Shown here in pieces: positions 8,523 through 17,597 of a DNA stretch of 64,000 nucleotides (position 1 is its first letter; each line of letters opens with the position of its first letter). The position numbers and the translations under genes were made by a program. The notes beneath the pieces were generated by a model. It saw nothing but the letters and a program-made list of their open reading frames with translations, searched no databases and was not told where the DNA came from. This DNA is from an uncultured Gammaproteobacteria bacterium (GTDB lineage: Bacteria > Patescibacteriota > Patescibacteriia > UBA9934), in NCBI GenBank assembly GCA_964401485.1, contig CAYNYL010000005.1:8158-72157 (forward strand), given 5' to 3'.

Positions 8523-9875
8523 GACAAAGCGGTTCTACCGCGCGCTATTATCCAAAAAATCAAATACATCGCCATTTCGATTCTCCTTCGACTTCTACGG
8601 TTGTCGCTTGTACTTAAGCCGGGAGCTTCTCGAATTGCGCGATTTTTTCTTTGGCCCGTTTCGTTTGTGTTTGGCCTTGGTGTCTCCCTTCTTGTCCCTG
8701 TTTACCGGGTCTTCTTAGGGGTTAGGCGCTCTCTCCAGAGGGTTGCAAGACCGGCAAAGAACAAAATCATGGTCTTTTTGACCCATCGGTACGTGATTCA
8801 CGTGATCGTTACTTCCCTTGTCGGGGCCATTATTTTAATGAATGTTGGCGCGAGTGATGTAAAGGCGGAGGCGTTCGGGGAGCGAAGCTTAATGTACCGT
8901 CTTGTTGCTGAGGAAAAGGCGGAGATTATTGAAGAACGTGCGCTTACGGAAGTCGAACTTCTTGATCGTAACACGGTTCGTTATCGCCAAGATTACGCGT
9001 TCTCTTCTTTTGATACGGTCGCGGGAGCGGTGTTTGTTCCAAAGGAGCAAACGTCTATCGCTGGTGGAAGTCCTGTGGTTGCGGTTCCAAGTGTCGATAC
9101 CGATGATTCGAGTGCTCCTCGTACCAAAATTGAGACGTATGTCGTTGAATCGGGAGATACGTGTGGAGCGATTGCTGAAAAATTCAATTTGAATGTGAAC
9201 ACTTTGATTTGGGCGAATAATCTTAAGTCAAACTGTGTCCTTCGCGTCGGGGCGACGCTTACAATTCTTCCGGTTGATGGAATTACGTATACCGTTAAAA
9301 ACGGAGACACGCTCTCTAAGATCGCAAAGAATTACGGCGGTACGACGGACCAAATCCTTAGTTTTAATGGACTTGGTGACACGACCGCGCTCACTGTTGG
9401 TGACACGCTCGTTATTCCCGGAGGTAAGCCGATTGTTACGGTAGTTACGACGACAAGACCGTCTTCGGGTTCCTCCGTTGTCGTTCCTTCCCCGGTTGAG
9501 CCAAAGGTGACTGGTTCTGGAACAATGACCTGGCCTACTGACCTTACGATTATCACGCAACGGTTCGGTTGGAACCATACGGGAATCGATATTGACTGTG
9601 GCTTTACAAACAATAACTACGCGGCCGCAGACGGAATTGTAAAGTACTCCGGTTGGCGTAATGGCTACGGAGAGACGGTTGAAATCGATCACGGAAATGG
9701 TCTTGTAACTCGTTATGCGCACCATGCAAAACGATACGTTGTTGCGGGACAACAGGTTTCAAAGGGTGAGGCGGTTGGACTTTGTGGAACAACGGGGCGA
9801 TCAACCGGTACCCACCTTCACTTTGAGGTCATGGTGAACGGTAAGTTCATGAACCCGCTTTCATACGTAAGATAG
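8514..9875 (+). CDS. M23-family metallopeptidase with two LysM domains and an N-terminal membrane anchor (start uncertain: TTG at 8514 overlaps the promoter; the first in-frame ATG is at 8769)
   Basis: LysM segments GDTCGAIAEKFNLNVNTLIWANNL and GDTLSKIAKNYGGTTDQILSFNGL. M23 HxxxD/HxH region GIDIDCG...THLHFEV. Confidence 0.8.
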   Translation: MYTDKAVLPRAIIQKIKYIAISILLRLLRLSLVLKPGASRIARFFLWPVSFVFGLGVSLLVPVYRVFLGVRRSLQRVARPAKNKIMVFLTHRYVIHVIVTSLVGAIILMNVGASDVKAEAFGERSLMYRLVAEEKAEIIEERALTEVELLDRNTVRYRQDYAFSSFDTVAGAVFVPKEQTSIAGGSPVVAVPSVDTDDSSAPRTKIETYVVESGDTCGAIAEKFNLNVNTLIWANNLKSNCVLRVGATLTILPVDGITYTVKNGDTLSKIAKNYGGTTDQILSFNGLGDTTALTVGDTLVIPGGKPIVTVVTTTRPSSGSSVVVPSPVEPKVTGSGTMTWPTDLTIITQRFGWNHTGIDIDCGFTNNNYAAADGIVKYSGWRNGYGETVEIDHGNGLVTRYAHHAKRYVVAGQQVSKGEAVGLCGTTGRSTGTHLHFEVMVNGKFMNPLSYVR

Positions 9876-11382
9876 GGTGTGGGGTGCTTCTTGGGCGGTA
9901 TTGCAGGGCTTCAAGCAGGTGCGCTCGCGTTATCGTGTCTTCTCCGGCGAGGTCGGCGATTGTGCGGGCGACCTTGATTGCCCGAATTGACCCTCGACTT
10001 GAAAGACGAAGGCGTTGCGAGAGTGTGATATGAGTTTCCTCGAGGGTTTTTGGGAGGAGCTTTAAGCGGTGGATTAGGGAGGAAGAAAGTTCGGCATTCG
10101 TTGTAATGCCGAATTTTTTGTAGCGGCTGCGTTGTCGCTCTCTCGCGAGGACGACGCGCCCGCGGATATCGGCGGAAGGTTCGCTCGTCTCGCTTTTTAA
10201 AAGATCTTTGTGGGAGATTTTAGGGACTTCGAGTGCGAGATCGAATCGATCAAGGATTGGTCCAGAGAGCTTCGATTGGTAGGCTCCTCGCCGACTTGGT
10301 ATGCATGTGCAGGCCGTCTCGCGATCGCCATAGTATCCGCAAGGACAGGGATTCATTGTGGCAAACAGCATCACGTCCGCTGGAAAGCGGGCCGTTTGGT
10401 TGGCACGCGAAACGCTCACGGCGCGCTCCTCGAGTGGTTGTCGCAGGCCCTCGATTACCTCGCGGGAGAATTCGGGGAACTCGTCGAGGAATAAGACGCC
10501 TCGGTGAGCAAGTGAAATCTCCCCGGGTCTTGGCGTTGTGCCTCCGCCAAGAATTGCTGGGAGCGAGGCGCTGTGGTGTGGCGCGCGAAATGGACGACGT
10601 ACAATAAGTCCCTTTGAGGGCTCGATGGCGCTGTGAATCGTGGTGATTTCGAGTGATTCGGAGAGTGACGGTGGTGGAAGGATGCTTTGACTCGCTCGCG
10701 CAAGGAGTGTTTTACCTGACCCAGGAGGCCCGGAAAGAAGGAGGTTGTGGCCACCGCTAACGGCAATCTCGATTGCTCGCTTCGCAAACCCGTGACCTTG
10801 AATGTCTTTAAAATCAACCCCAACAGGGTCTTCCCGCTTTTGCTGTATCGAAGGGCTTTGTGCAAGTCCGCCCGAGCTAAGCGCGTCAACAAGAGACCGA
10901 AGCGTTTCGTAGCCATAGAGGGGTGTCGTTGTAATCGCTCCCGCCTCTTGCGCCGAGTCTTTTGGGAGGACGACTCCCTTGTAGCGCTCCTTCTTCGCAA
11001 GTAGCGCGACAGGGAGGGCGCCCTGGGTGTATGCGAGCGCTCCACTAAGCCCAAGTTCTCCGTAAAAGAGGTACGGGGCAACCTGCGTTTCATTAAGAAC
11101 CCCTGTCGCGCAAAGGAGGGCGATCGCAATTGGAAGGTCAAACGATGGACCGCTCTTACGCATTGATGCGGGCGCGAGATTAATCGTGACCCGGGAGCGC
11201 GGAAACGAAAAACCGGAATTAACAAGCGCCGAACGTACGCGCTCGCGCGACTCAACGATTGCGGGATCCGGAAGTCCGACGATAATGCATTTTGGAATTC
11301 CACGTGCGCGGTCCACTTCAACGCGGATCGGAATTGCTTCAATTCCAACAACGGTGCAGGACGGAATAAAAAAAGAACCCAT
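9847..11382 (-). CDS. comM: YifB/ComM-family Mg-chelatase-like AAA+ ATPase
   Basis: N-terminal Lon-protease-like fold, Walker A GPPGSGKT, and a C-terminal ChlI domain. Confidence 0.85.
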   Translation of the reverse strand: MGSFFIPSCTVVGIEAIPIRVEVDRARGIPKCIIVGLPDPAIVESRERVRSALVNSGFSFPRSRVTINLAPASMRKSGPSFDLPIAIALLCATGVLNETQVAPYLFYGELGLSGALAYTQGALPVALLAKKERYKGVVLPKDSAQEAGAITTTPLYGYETLRSLVDALSSGGLAQSPSIQQKREDPVGVDFKDIQGHGFAKRAIEIAVSGGHNLLLSGPPGSGKTLLARASQSILPPPSLSESLEITTIHSAIEPSKGLIVRRPFRAPHHSASLPAILGGGTTPRPGEISLAHRGVLFLDEFPEFSREVIEGLRQPLEERAVSVSRANQTARFPADVMLFATMNPCPCGYYGDRETACTCIPSRRGAYQSKLSGPILDRFDLALEVPKISHKDLLKSETSEPSADIRGRVVLARERQRSRYKKFGITTNAELSSSLIHRLKLLPKTLEETHITLSQRLRLSSRGSIRAIKVARTIADLAGEDTITRAHLLEALQYRPRSTPHPILRMKAGS

Positions 11383-11400
11383 ACCTAGTAAGCGGGGAGC

Positions 11401-11997
11401 TTAGTTAGTTGAGGGGATGGGTTGATAGTATCGCAAGAGGATAAAAAGTCCAAGGACGATGAGGATATCTGAGAAATTGATAACGCTTCGAGAGAAAACG
11501 ACGAGATAATCAATGGTAAACCCGTGGATGAGGCGGTCGACGAGATTGCTTGTTGCTCCAAGGAGCATGAAGAGTGCTCCAACGGCGATAAGCGGTCGAT
11601 CGCGATATTCGCGCCAAATGGTGCGAAGAAGGGCGAGGGTCGCGATTCCCGTTACGATCGTGACGATCTCGAGTGGGATTGGCGCGCTGAAAGCGACGCC
11701 CGGATTTTTAAAAAGTGCAAAGTCAAAAATTGGCGCTGTAGGACCTGTGATTTCCGGGAGCGCTGTCAGGGCGTATTGTTTGAGAACAATGTCCGCAATC
11801 AACAAAAAAACACCGACAAGCGCAAAAAGGATTGCTTGTCGTGTGCTTTTAGAGTTCTTGAGTGAGAGTTTTTTTACTTGCGACAGATGAGGTGGAGGTA
11901 GGGCGTGCGCGTAGACGGTCTTCGCTAATGAGCTCGCCTGTATATTTGCAGATACCGTAGGTGCCCTTTTCGATGCGTTCGAGGGCCGTATCAACAT
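11401..11997 (-). CDS. lspA: Lipoprotein signal peptidase II (start uncertain)
   Basis: LspA motifs NPGVAFS, NLVDRL, TIDY, INFSDI. The long ORF begins at 12081 and overlaps the upstream DksA-like gene by more than 200 nt. Starting at the ATG at 11997 still leaves a ~148-nt overlap, and no ATG/GTG exists in the non-overlapping part. Confidence 0.7.
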   Translation of the reverse strand: MLIRPSNASKRAPTVSANIQASSLAKTVYAHALPPPHLSQVKKLSLKNSKSTRQAILFALVGVFLLIADIVLKQYALTALPEITGPTAPIFDFALFKNPGVAFSAPIPLEIVTIVTGIATLALLRTIWREYRDRPLIAVGALFMLLGATSNLVDRLIHGFTIDYLVVFSRSVINFSDILIVLGLFILLRYYQPIPSTN

Positions 11998-12235
11998 CGC
12001 GAACAGCCTTTTCAAGTTCTTGCTGAACTTGGAGGTTGTTTGTGTAGTCGGCGATTTCGATCGCGTTTTCGTCTTCGTCATCCCCGTAGTCTGGAAAATG
12101 TGTTTCGTAGGAATTCGTGGACGTGTTTTTCTTTGAAAGTCGGCTTAGGGCCGCTGCGAGCTTTTCCTTTTCCTTCTGTAAGACGCCCCGCATTTCTTCA
12201 ATAAACGCCTGATTGTGAGCTTTTGTTTTTGCCAT
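11849..12235 (-). CDS. DksA/TraR-family protein with a degenerate zinc finger
   Basis: C-terminal GTYGICKYTGELISEDRLRARP matches the TraR/DksA C4 region but retains only one Cys. Confidence 0.6.
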   Translation of the reverse strand: MAKTKAHNQAFIEEMRGVLQKEKEKLAAALSRLSKKNTSTNSYETHFPDYGDDEDENAIEIADYTNNLQVQQELEKAVRDVDTALERIEKGTYGICKYTGELISEDRLRARPTSTSSVASKKTLTQEL

Positions 12236-12736
12236 AGAGCAGGTTTAGATATGGGTCAGCATAGCCTAGACGCCTCCATGTGGCAAGAAAATCGGGAAAA
12301 AGAAAAAGGGCGCGGTTGCTATTGGCGATAGAATTAATGGCCATAGCGGTAGCGCCCACGACATGGTTGACACCGGTCGTGGACACTGGGTTTTTATGAC
12401 CAATTTCTTGATCGTAACAACTCAGTGGCCAGTCGGCGCGCTTACCATGTAAAAACTGACATCCTACTCTACCATGAGGTGGTCTACGGGCCTTGTGCGC
12501 GCAAACCTGATGTGTGCACCCCCAGTGCATAGCATCACAGTACAGTAGTGGGATGTGCCCCGAACGATTGTCCCGAAAGCAGCTGACTTTCAGGTGTGGG
12601 ATTCGGGGAACCTCCCCCGTGTCATTGCTGGTAGATGACCAGCAAACGGGAATTGTTGAAAGAACTACTATTAGTATAAACCTTGAACACAAATAGTCAA
12701 CATCGAAATAGCTCAAATTTAAAGGCTTTTTTGAGA

Positions 12737-12810
12737 TTGTGGAAAAGTTTTGTGCGGTGGTTTCCACAAAGCTGTGGATAACTTATGCATATCCCACAAG
12801 TTATCCACAG
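12737..12810. promoter_or_regulatory. Third DnaA-box cluster
   Basis: TTGTGGAAA at 12737-12745, TTTCCACAA at 12761-12769, TGTGGATAA (perfect) at 12774-12782, ATATCCCACA at 12789-12798, TTATCCACA (perfect) at 12801-12809. Confidence 0.6.
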
Positions 12811-12816
12811 TTCCTG

Positions 12817-13887
12817 TTAGAAGCAGATACGTAGCGCTCGATTCGATTCGGCAATGGTTTTAGCGTCTACGGTAATAAAGCTGTGCGCGTGGCGCAGGCA
12901 ATCATTCTCGATTTGTCGTGATACGAGCTCGGCCGTTGGTATGATTGTTGTAATTGTTGAAATTTCCTGCGTTTTAACAATGTAGAGATTGATATTGGTG
13001 CCGGTGAAGCTCACGATCGTAATGTCACCATCACTTGAAATCTCTGGAATTGGAGCAGTCCCCTCAATTCTCGTTCGTTTATAGAGATCTACGCTTGTCC
13101 ACGCCTGTGTAGACAAAGATTGTCTTGCGAGAAGTTCCGTTCCAAATTGAATCAATGTTTGCGTATCAAGACTTGAGCTGGTCGTAAGATGGAAAAACGG
13201 TTCGTTATGAATTGTGCCTTGAATCAGTCTGTATGGACCCATTCCGTAAATCAACTCGGAAGTCGCACTATTTGATACGGAAGTGATTTCTGCGTTTGCC
13301 GGAAGATGCACGGAGCTTTTAATAAATGGATCGTGACCGTGTCGAATAGTGATCGCATGGTTTTGAACGCGAACAGCGCTAAGGTTGTCGCTATGTTTAT
13401 AGAGTCCGTCCGCAAAAAGTGTACGAATGAATAGGACTCGTCGAGGTTTTGGATGTACGGCGAGCTCGACTGTCGAAATTGTAACAATGCGGCCCGCTCT
13501 TTGAACAAAGAGTCCGGTATTCGTGGCCTTGGCGAGGAACGCTTCGTCACTTCGGTCGACCGTGAACCCGACTAGCCCCGCGTTTGAATAATGAAATGCG
13601 ACTCCCTTCGAATTGGTTTGTGCAAGATCTGCGAGCGAATACGGCATGCCTTGAAGGGTGACGGCGTTTTGTTCGCTTAAGTTCTTGGCCCTGAGCGTAT
13701 TTTTGAATGCAACCGTATCGATTTCTTGATTTGAGACCGCATTCACAACGCGTAAAGATTCAGATGTCGCAACGTGCACCAAAAGCACAAGTAAAAACAG
13801 CAGACCTGATACGGCAAGAATCGCGAAAACCCGCCATTCAGTATGGCGGGCCCTGCGTTCTGTGAGTGAAATTGAGAGATTGTCCAT
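12817..13887 (-). CDS. Hypothetical membrane-anchored protein (N-terminal TM, large beta-rich ectodomain)
   Basis: A long ORF with a good Met start and a hydrophobic segment FAILAVSGLLFLLVLLV. I did not recognise a family. Confidence 0.55.
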   Translation of the reverse strand: MDNLSISLTERRARHTEWRVFAILAVSGLLFLLVLLVHVATSESLRVVNAVSNQEIDTVAFKNTLRAKNLSEQNAVTLQGMPYSLADLAQTNSKGVAFHYSNAGLVGFTVDRSDEAFLAKATNTGLFVQRAGRIVTISTVELAVHPKPRRVLFIRTLFADGLYKHSDNLSAVRVQNHAITIRHGHDPFIKSSVHLPANAEITSVSNSATSELIYGMGPYRLIQGTIHNEPFFHLTTSSSLDTQTLIQFGTELLARQSLSTQAWTSVDLYKRTRIEGTAPIPEISSDGDITIVSFTGTNINLYIVKTQEISTITTIIPTAELVSRQIENDCLRHAHSFITVDAKTIAESNRALRICF

Positions 13888-13888
13888 G

Positions 13889-16141
13889 TTATCTAGAGAA
13901 CGGTCGTCGAGGTCCGCGCGGTCCTTGGCCTCCCTGTGGACGCTGTGGTCGGCCTCCTTGCGGACGCCCGGCCGGTGCTCCGGTTGCGGCTTTTGCCTTC
14001 ATTTCTTCCGTATAGACATTACCTTCCGCCTGCTTCATCGACAGGTTGGTTCGACCCATGTCGTCGATTTCAATGACTTTTACCTTGACTTTGTCTCCGA
14101 CCTGTACGATATCATCGACCTTCGCGACTCGCCAAGGGGCGAGCTCGGAAATATGAACGAGACCTTCTTTTCCAGGAAGACATTCAACGAATGCTCCGAA
14201 GTCCATAAGGCGTGTTACCGTTCCTTCGAACAGCTCTCCCGCCTCGATCTCCCGTGTCATGTTGTGGATCCAATCGAAGGCCTTTTTCGCCGACTCTCCG
14301 TTTTTCGCGGTGATCATAACGAGTCCTGATTGTTCGATATCGATCGAAACAACACCGGTTTTTTCAATGATCTCGTTGATCATCTTTCCTCCCGGTCCGA
14401 TCACTTCTCGGATCTTTTCCGGATTAATCGTGAGGCTTGTGATACGTGGAGCGTTTGGCGAGAGTTCCGCTCGCGGTTCGGCGATCACCTTTGCCATTGC
14501 GTCTAGGATTGAAAGACGCGCAGTGTGCGCTTGCGTAAGGGTTTGCGCAATGATTTCCATTGTTAACCCTTCGGTCTTTGTGTCCATTTGGATTGCCGTT
14601 ACGCCGTCCTTTGTTCCTGTAATCTTAAAGTCCATTCCTCCCTGGCCGTCTTCCACGTCTTGAAGATCGGTGATAACGCGGTAGGCGCTTCCGTTTGAAG
14701 CGAGTCCCATCGCGATACCCGCTACCGGTTTACGAAGCGGAACGCCGGCGTCCATAAGCGCGAGCGTTGAGGCGCAGGTCGAAGCCATCGACGATGAACC
14801 GTTTGAGTCGAGGACTTCGGAAACGACACGAATCGTGTACGGGAAGGTTTCCTTTTCTGGAAGCATTCGGCGTACAGCCTTTTCGGCGAGCGCTCCGTGT
14901 CCAATATCACGGCGAGACGCTCCTCGAAGTGGTTTCGCCTCTCCTACCGAGAACGGAGGGAAATTGTAGTGGTGCATGTAGCGCTTCTCCCCAACGAGCT
15001 CCATTCCGTCGAGCGTTTGTTGATCGCCCGGAGCTCCAAGCGTACAGATCGAGAGGACCTGTGTTCCTCCGCGGTTGAAATGACCCGATCCGTGAACACG
15101 CGGAAGAAGTCCAACGTCAATCGTTAGTGGTCGAATCTCTTCAATTCCGCGACCGTCGATCCGTTGCCCCTTCTCGATAATGTATCGCGAGGCTTCCTCT
15201 TGAACGAAGTCGTAAATAAGTCCTGTCGCAACCTTAATTTGGTCAGGAGTCCATCCCTTTTCCGTAAAGTGTGCAATCGTTTCGGCTTTAAGTTGATCTT
15301 TCTTCTCATTGCGTACGGACTTCTTTGTGATAGGCGCCGAGAAGAAGAGGTCCGCCATTCGCTCGCGTAGGAACGTTCGAGCCTCGGCGATAAGCGCTTC
15401 CTTTTCTTCACGCTTCGTCTTCTCTGTCTCGTTTTTTGGCGAGAGCAAATCTTTCTTTGGCTTTCCGACTTGTGCACGAACGGTCTCGATAAGTTCGATT
15501 ACCGGCTTAAGCGACGCGCCTCCAAGCTTGAACGCTTCGAGAAGTTCGTCTTCCTTTGCTTCGTCCCCTTCCATTTCAATCATCACGATTTTTTCCGGTG
15601 TACCGGCAAGGTCAAGATCAAATTTTGTGGTAAGACGCTCTGAGTAGGTTGGGTTAATGACCCAGTTATCCGAAATCTTTGACATGCGCACAGCTCCAAT
15701 CGGTCCATTCCATGGAATGTCGCTGATATGGAGTGCGGCTGAAGCTCCGATAAGCCCGAGGATGTCTGGATCGTGTTCTTCGTCGAAGGCAAGAACGGAA
15801 ACAATAACTTGCACCTCGTTCTTAATACTTCCGTTAAAGAGTGGGCGGATTGCGCGGTCAATAAAGCGCGCAACAAGAACCGCCTCGTCGGTTGGTCGAC
15901 CCTCGCGCTTGATAAAGCGTGACCCCTTAATTCGTCCCGCCGCGTAAAGCTTCTCTTCGTACTCAACCATGAGCGGGAAGAAATCCATGTCGCGGGTTTC
16001 CGAACTCATAACCGCCGTCGCAAGAACGACCGTTTCACCCATCTGCACAAGAACGGATGCGTTTGCGGATTGCGCAAATGCGCCGACCTCAATGATCAGT
16101 TCCTTCTCCCCTACCTTTGTTGTAAATCGTTGTTTTTCCAT
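13889..16141 (-). CDS. pnp: Polyribonucleotide nucleotidyltransferase (PNPase) with a C-terminal Arg/Gly/Pro-rich tail
   Basis: Two RNase PH domains, then KH and S1 domains. The tail reads GRPQGGRPQRPQGGQGPRGPRRPFSR. Confidence 0.95.
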   Translation of the reverse strand: MEKQRFTTKVGEKELIIEVGAFAQSANASVLVQMGETVVLATAVMSSETRDMDFFPLMVEYEEKLYAAGRIKGSRFIKREGRPTDEAVLVARFIDRAIRPLFNGSIKNEVQVIVSVLAFDEEHDPDILGLIGASAALHISDIPWNGPIGAVRMSKISDNWVINPTYSERLTTKFDLDLAGTPEKIVMIEMEGDEAKEDELLEAFKLGGASLKPVIELIETVRAQVGKPKKDLLSPKNETEKTKREEKEALIAEARTFLRERMADLFFSAPITKKSVRNEKKDQLKAETIAHFTEKGWTPDQIKVATGLIYDFVQEEASRYIIEKGQRIDGRGIEEIRPLTIDVGLLPRVHGSGHFNRGGTQVLSICTLGAPGDQQTLDGMELVGEKRYMHHYNFPPFSVGEAKPLRGASRRDIGHGALAEKAVRRMLPEKETFPYTIRVVSEVLDSNGSSSMASTCASTLALMDAGVPLRKPVAGIAMGLASNGSAYRVITDLQDVEDGQGGMDFKITGTKDGVTAIQMDTKTEGLTMEIIAQTLTQAHTARLSILDAMAKVIAEPRAELSPNAPRITSLTINPEKIREVIGPGGKMINEIIEKTGVVSIDIEQSGLVMITAKNGESAKKAFDWIHNMTREIEAGELFEGTVTRLMDFGAFVECLPGKEGLVHISELAPWRVAKVDDIVQVGDKVKVKVIEIDDMGRTNLSMKQAEGNVYTEEMKAKAATGAPAGRPQGGRPQRPQGGQGPRGPRRPFSR

Positions 16142-16146
16142 ATGTA

Positions 16147-16827
16147 CTAAAAGCTTAATCGTTTCGAACGCCCTTCTTCCATCTTTTCCATCGGTTCCGC
16201 GTCGCTGTGTTCTTCAAGAAACATTGCATCATCTCCACTGTACCCCGTTTCTACCTTCTCTTGCTTTGGGGTGGATTTTCGTCTTGGGGTTCTTGCTGGC
16301 TTATCCCCCTCCTCTCGCTCGTCTCCGCGCTCTGGAAGAAGGAATCGCTTCTTGTCCGCCGAAAGGTTTGTGTAGACATCGACGCTTTCGATGAGGGCAC
16401 TCGAGGTAGACTCTCTAAACGATGCCGTGTGGAAAATGCGCCCTCGGCCTCGTACATAGTCCGCAAGCGGAATAAAGTCACCATCACCTGACACGACGAC
16501 GACAACGTCGAGCATGTCGATCATTCGCACAACGTCGATCGTAAGTCCAACATCCCAGTCTCCTTTTTTGTTTCCCCCTTCAAACTCTTGGAGATCTTTT
16601 GCCATGACCTCGATTCCATTTTTACGAAGGGCGTCAAAGAATGGAGTTTCTGCCCCATCCGGCGTTGCAACCGTGTAGGCGATGGCACGGATGAGTTTTC
16701 CGGGCCCAACAACGTCTTTTACAATATTCGGAAAATTCACTTTTCGGTTAAAAATATTTCGGGCACTGTAGTACATGTTCTGTACATCGATAAAAACGCC
16801 AACGCGTCTATCTGTAGCTATAAGCAT
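16147..16827 (-). CDS. NYN-domain (LabA/DUF88-like) protein with an acidic C-terminal tail
   Basis: GVFIDVQNMYYS...VVVVSGDGDFIPL is the NYN nuclease-fold signature. It sits between rpsO and pnp. Confidence 0.7.
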   Translation of the reverse strand: MLIATDRRVGVFIDVQNMYYSARNIFNRKVNFPNIVKDVVGPGKLIRAIAYTVATPDGAETPFFDALRKNGIEVMAKDLQEFEGGNKKGDWDVGLTIDVVRMIDMLDVVVVVSGDGDFIPLADYVRGRGRIFHTASFRESTSSALIESVDVYTNLSADKKRFLLPERGDEREEGDKPARTPRRKSTPKQEKVETGYSGDDAMFLEEHSDAEPMEKMEEGRSKRLSF

Positions 16828-16872
16828 AGATTTTTTAAAAATAGAGAAACCCGCGCTAGGCGGGCTTCATTA

Positions 16873-17151
16873 TTAAACAGTTTTTGCAACTCGAAGTCCG
16901 AGATCCTCGACAAGTACATCGTACGCCTTTTGGTCTTCGCGTTCAAGGTACTTAAGGAGTCGGCGTCGCTCGACGACTTTCTTCAAGAGTCCTCGTCGTG
17001 AAGAGAAGTCCTTCTTGTGCATGCGCAAGTGTTTTGTGAGGTCTTTCACTTCCGCGGTCAAGATCGCGATCTGGACTTGTGGCGAACCCGTGTCCTTTTC
17101 GTGTGTCTTGTATTTCTCGATGAGCTTTTGCTTTTGCAATTTGCTGAGCAT
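16873..17151 (-). CDS. rpsO: 30S ribosomal protein S15
   Basis: [39 protein letters not shown] is canonical S15. Confidence 0.9.
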   Translation of the reverse strand: MLSKLQKQKLIEKYKTHEKDTGSPQVQIAILTAEVKDLTKHLRMHKKDFSSRRGLLKKVVERRRLLKYLEREDQKAYDVLVEDLGLRVAKTV

Positions 17152-17339
17152 AGGTTGATTTGTTCATCCGTGCCTCCGAGAGATCCTCGCTCAAAGGGTT
17201 TCCAAGAGGACGGCTAAGTTATATGCGGACTATAGGGGATTTTTGTGTCCCCGTCAATCCGAGCCTCTACGCGCGATTTGATCGCGAGTAAGGGCAGGGG
17301 CTCGACCATCCATTGCTGGCGGTCGAGCACGGTTGGCGG

Positions 17340-17525
17340 CTAGAACCCAGGGGGCTCCGTGCCGTCGAGCTCCATGATCGCGACCTCGGGGTCGGCCATC
17401 ATGGCGAGAATGAGCCGTTCGGCTCGTGGGTCCTTGGGCTTGGGCACGGTTCGTGCCTCGTCTGGCGGAACGCTCTGCACGGATCGAAAGTTCTTCTCTC
17501 GATCCTGGTCGCTTGGAAACTCCAT
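17340..17525 (-). CDS. Small hypothetical protein (61 aa from the internal Met) inside a GC-rich islet
   Basis: CAGGAGGA lies 5 nt upstream of ATG (MEFPSDQ...). G/C dominates codon third positions. Local GC is about 62% against a ~50% backbone. Confidence 0.35.
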   Translation of the reverse strand: MEFPSDQDREKNFRSVQSVPPDEARTVPKPKDPRAERLILAMMADPEVAIMELDGTEPPGF

Positions 17526-17597
17526 GGCATCCTCCTGAAAGCGAAAGAATCGTACCATTTTTCTGATTTTCGTCAATAGTTAGAGGAATTCCGCGAT

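Noticed and set aside
10455-11351. 298-aa minus-strand ORF (and the plus-strand ORFs at 10210..10607)
   Set aside because: They are alternative frames within or antisense to comM, Arg/Ser-rich and low-complexity, with no family signal.
12236-12700. Assignment of this region to tmRNA, RNase P RNA, SRP RNA or 5S rRNA
   Set aside because: Scanned by eye on both strands. None of the hallmark blocks is present: no GGAAAGUCCGGGCUCC (RNase P), no GGUUCGAnUCC...CCA tail (tmRNA), no CCGAAC/GUAGU context (5S). The SRP domain IV resemblance (CCGAAAGCAGC) is too weak. I leave the region unassigned.
12198-12767. 189-aa minus-strand ORF (and a 60-aa plus-strand ORF at 12514..12696)
   Set aside because: Cys/His/Trp-rich with no family resemblance. 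They overlap the DksA-like gene and lie in a hairpin-rich region, so I treat them as translations of a non-coding or structured-RNA region.
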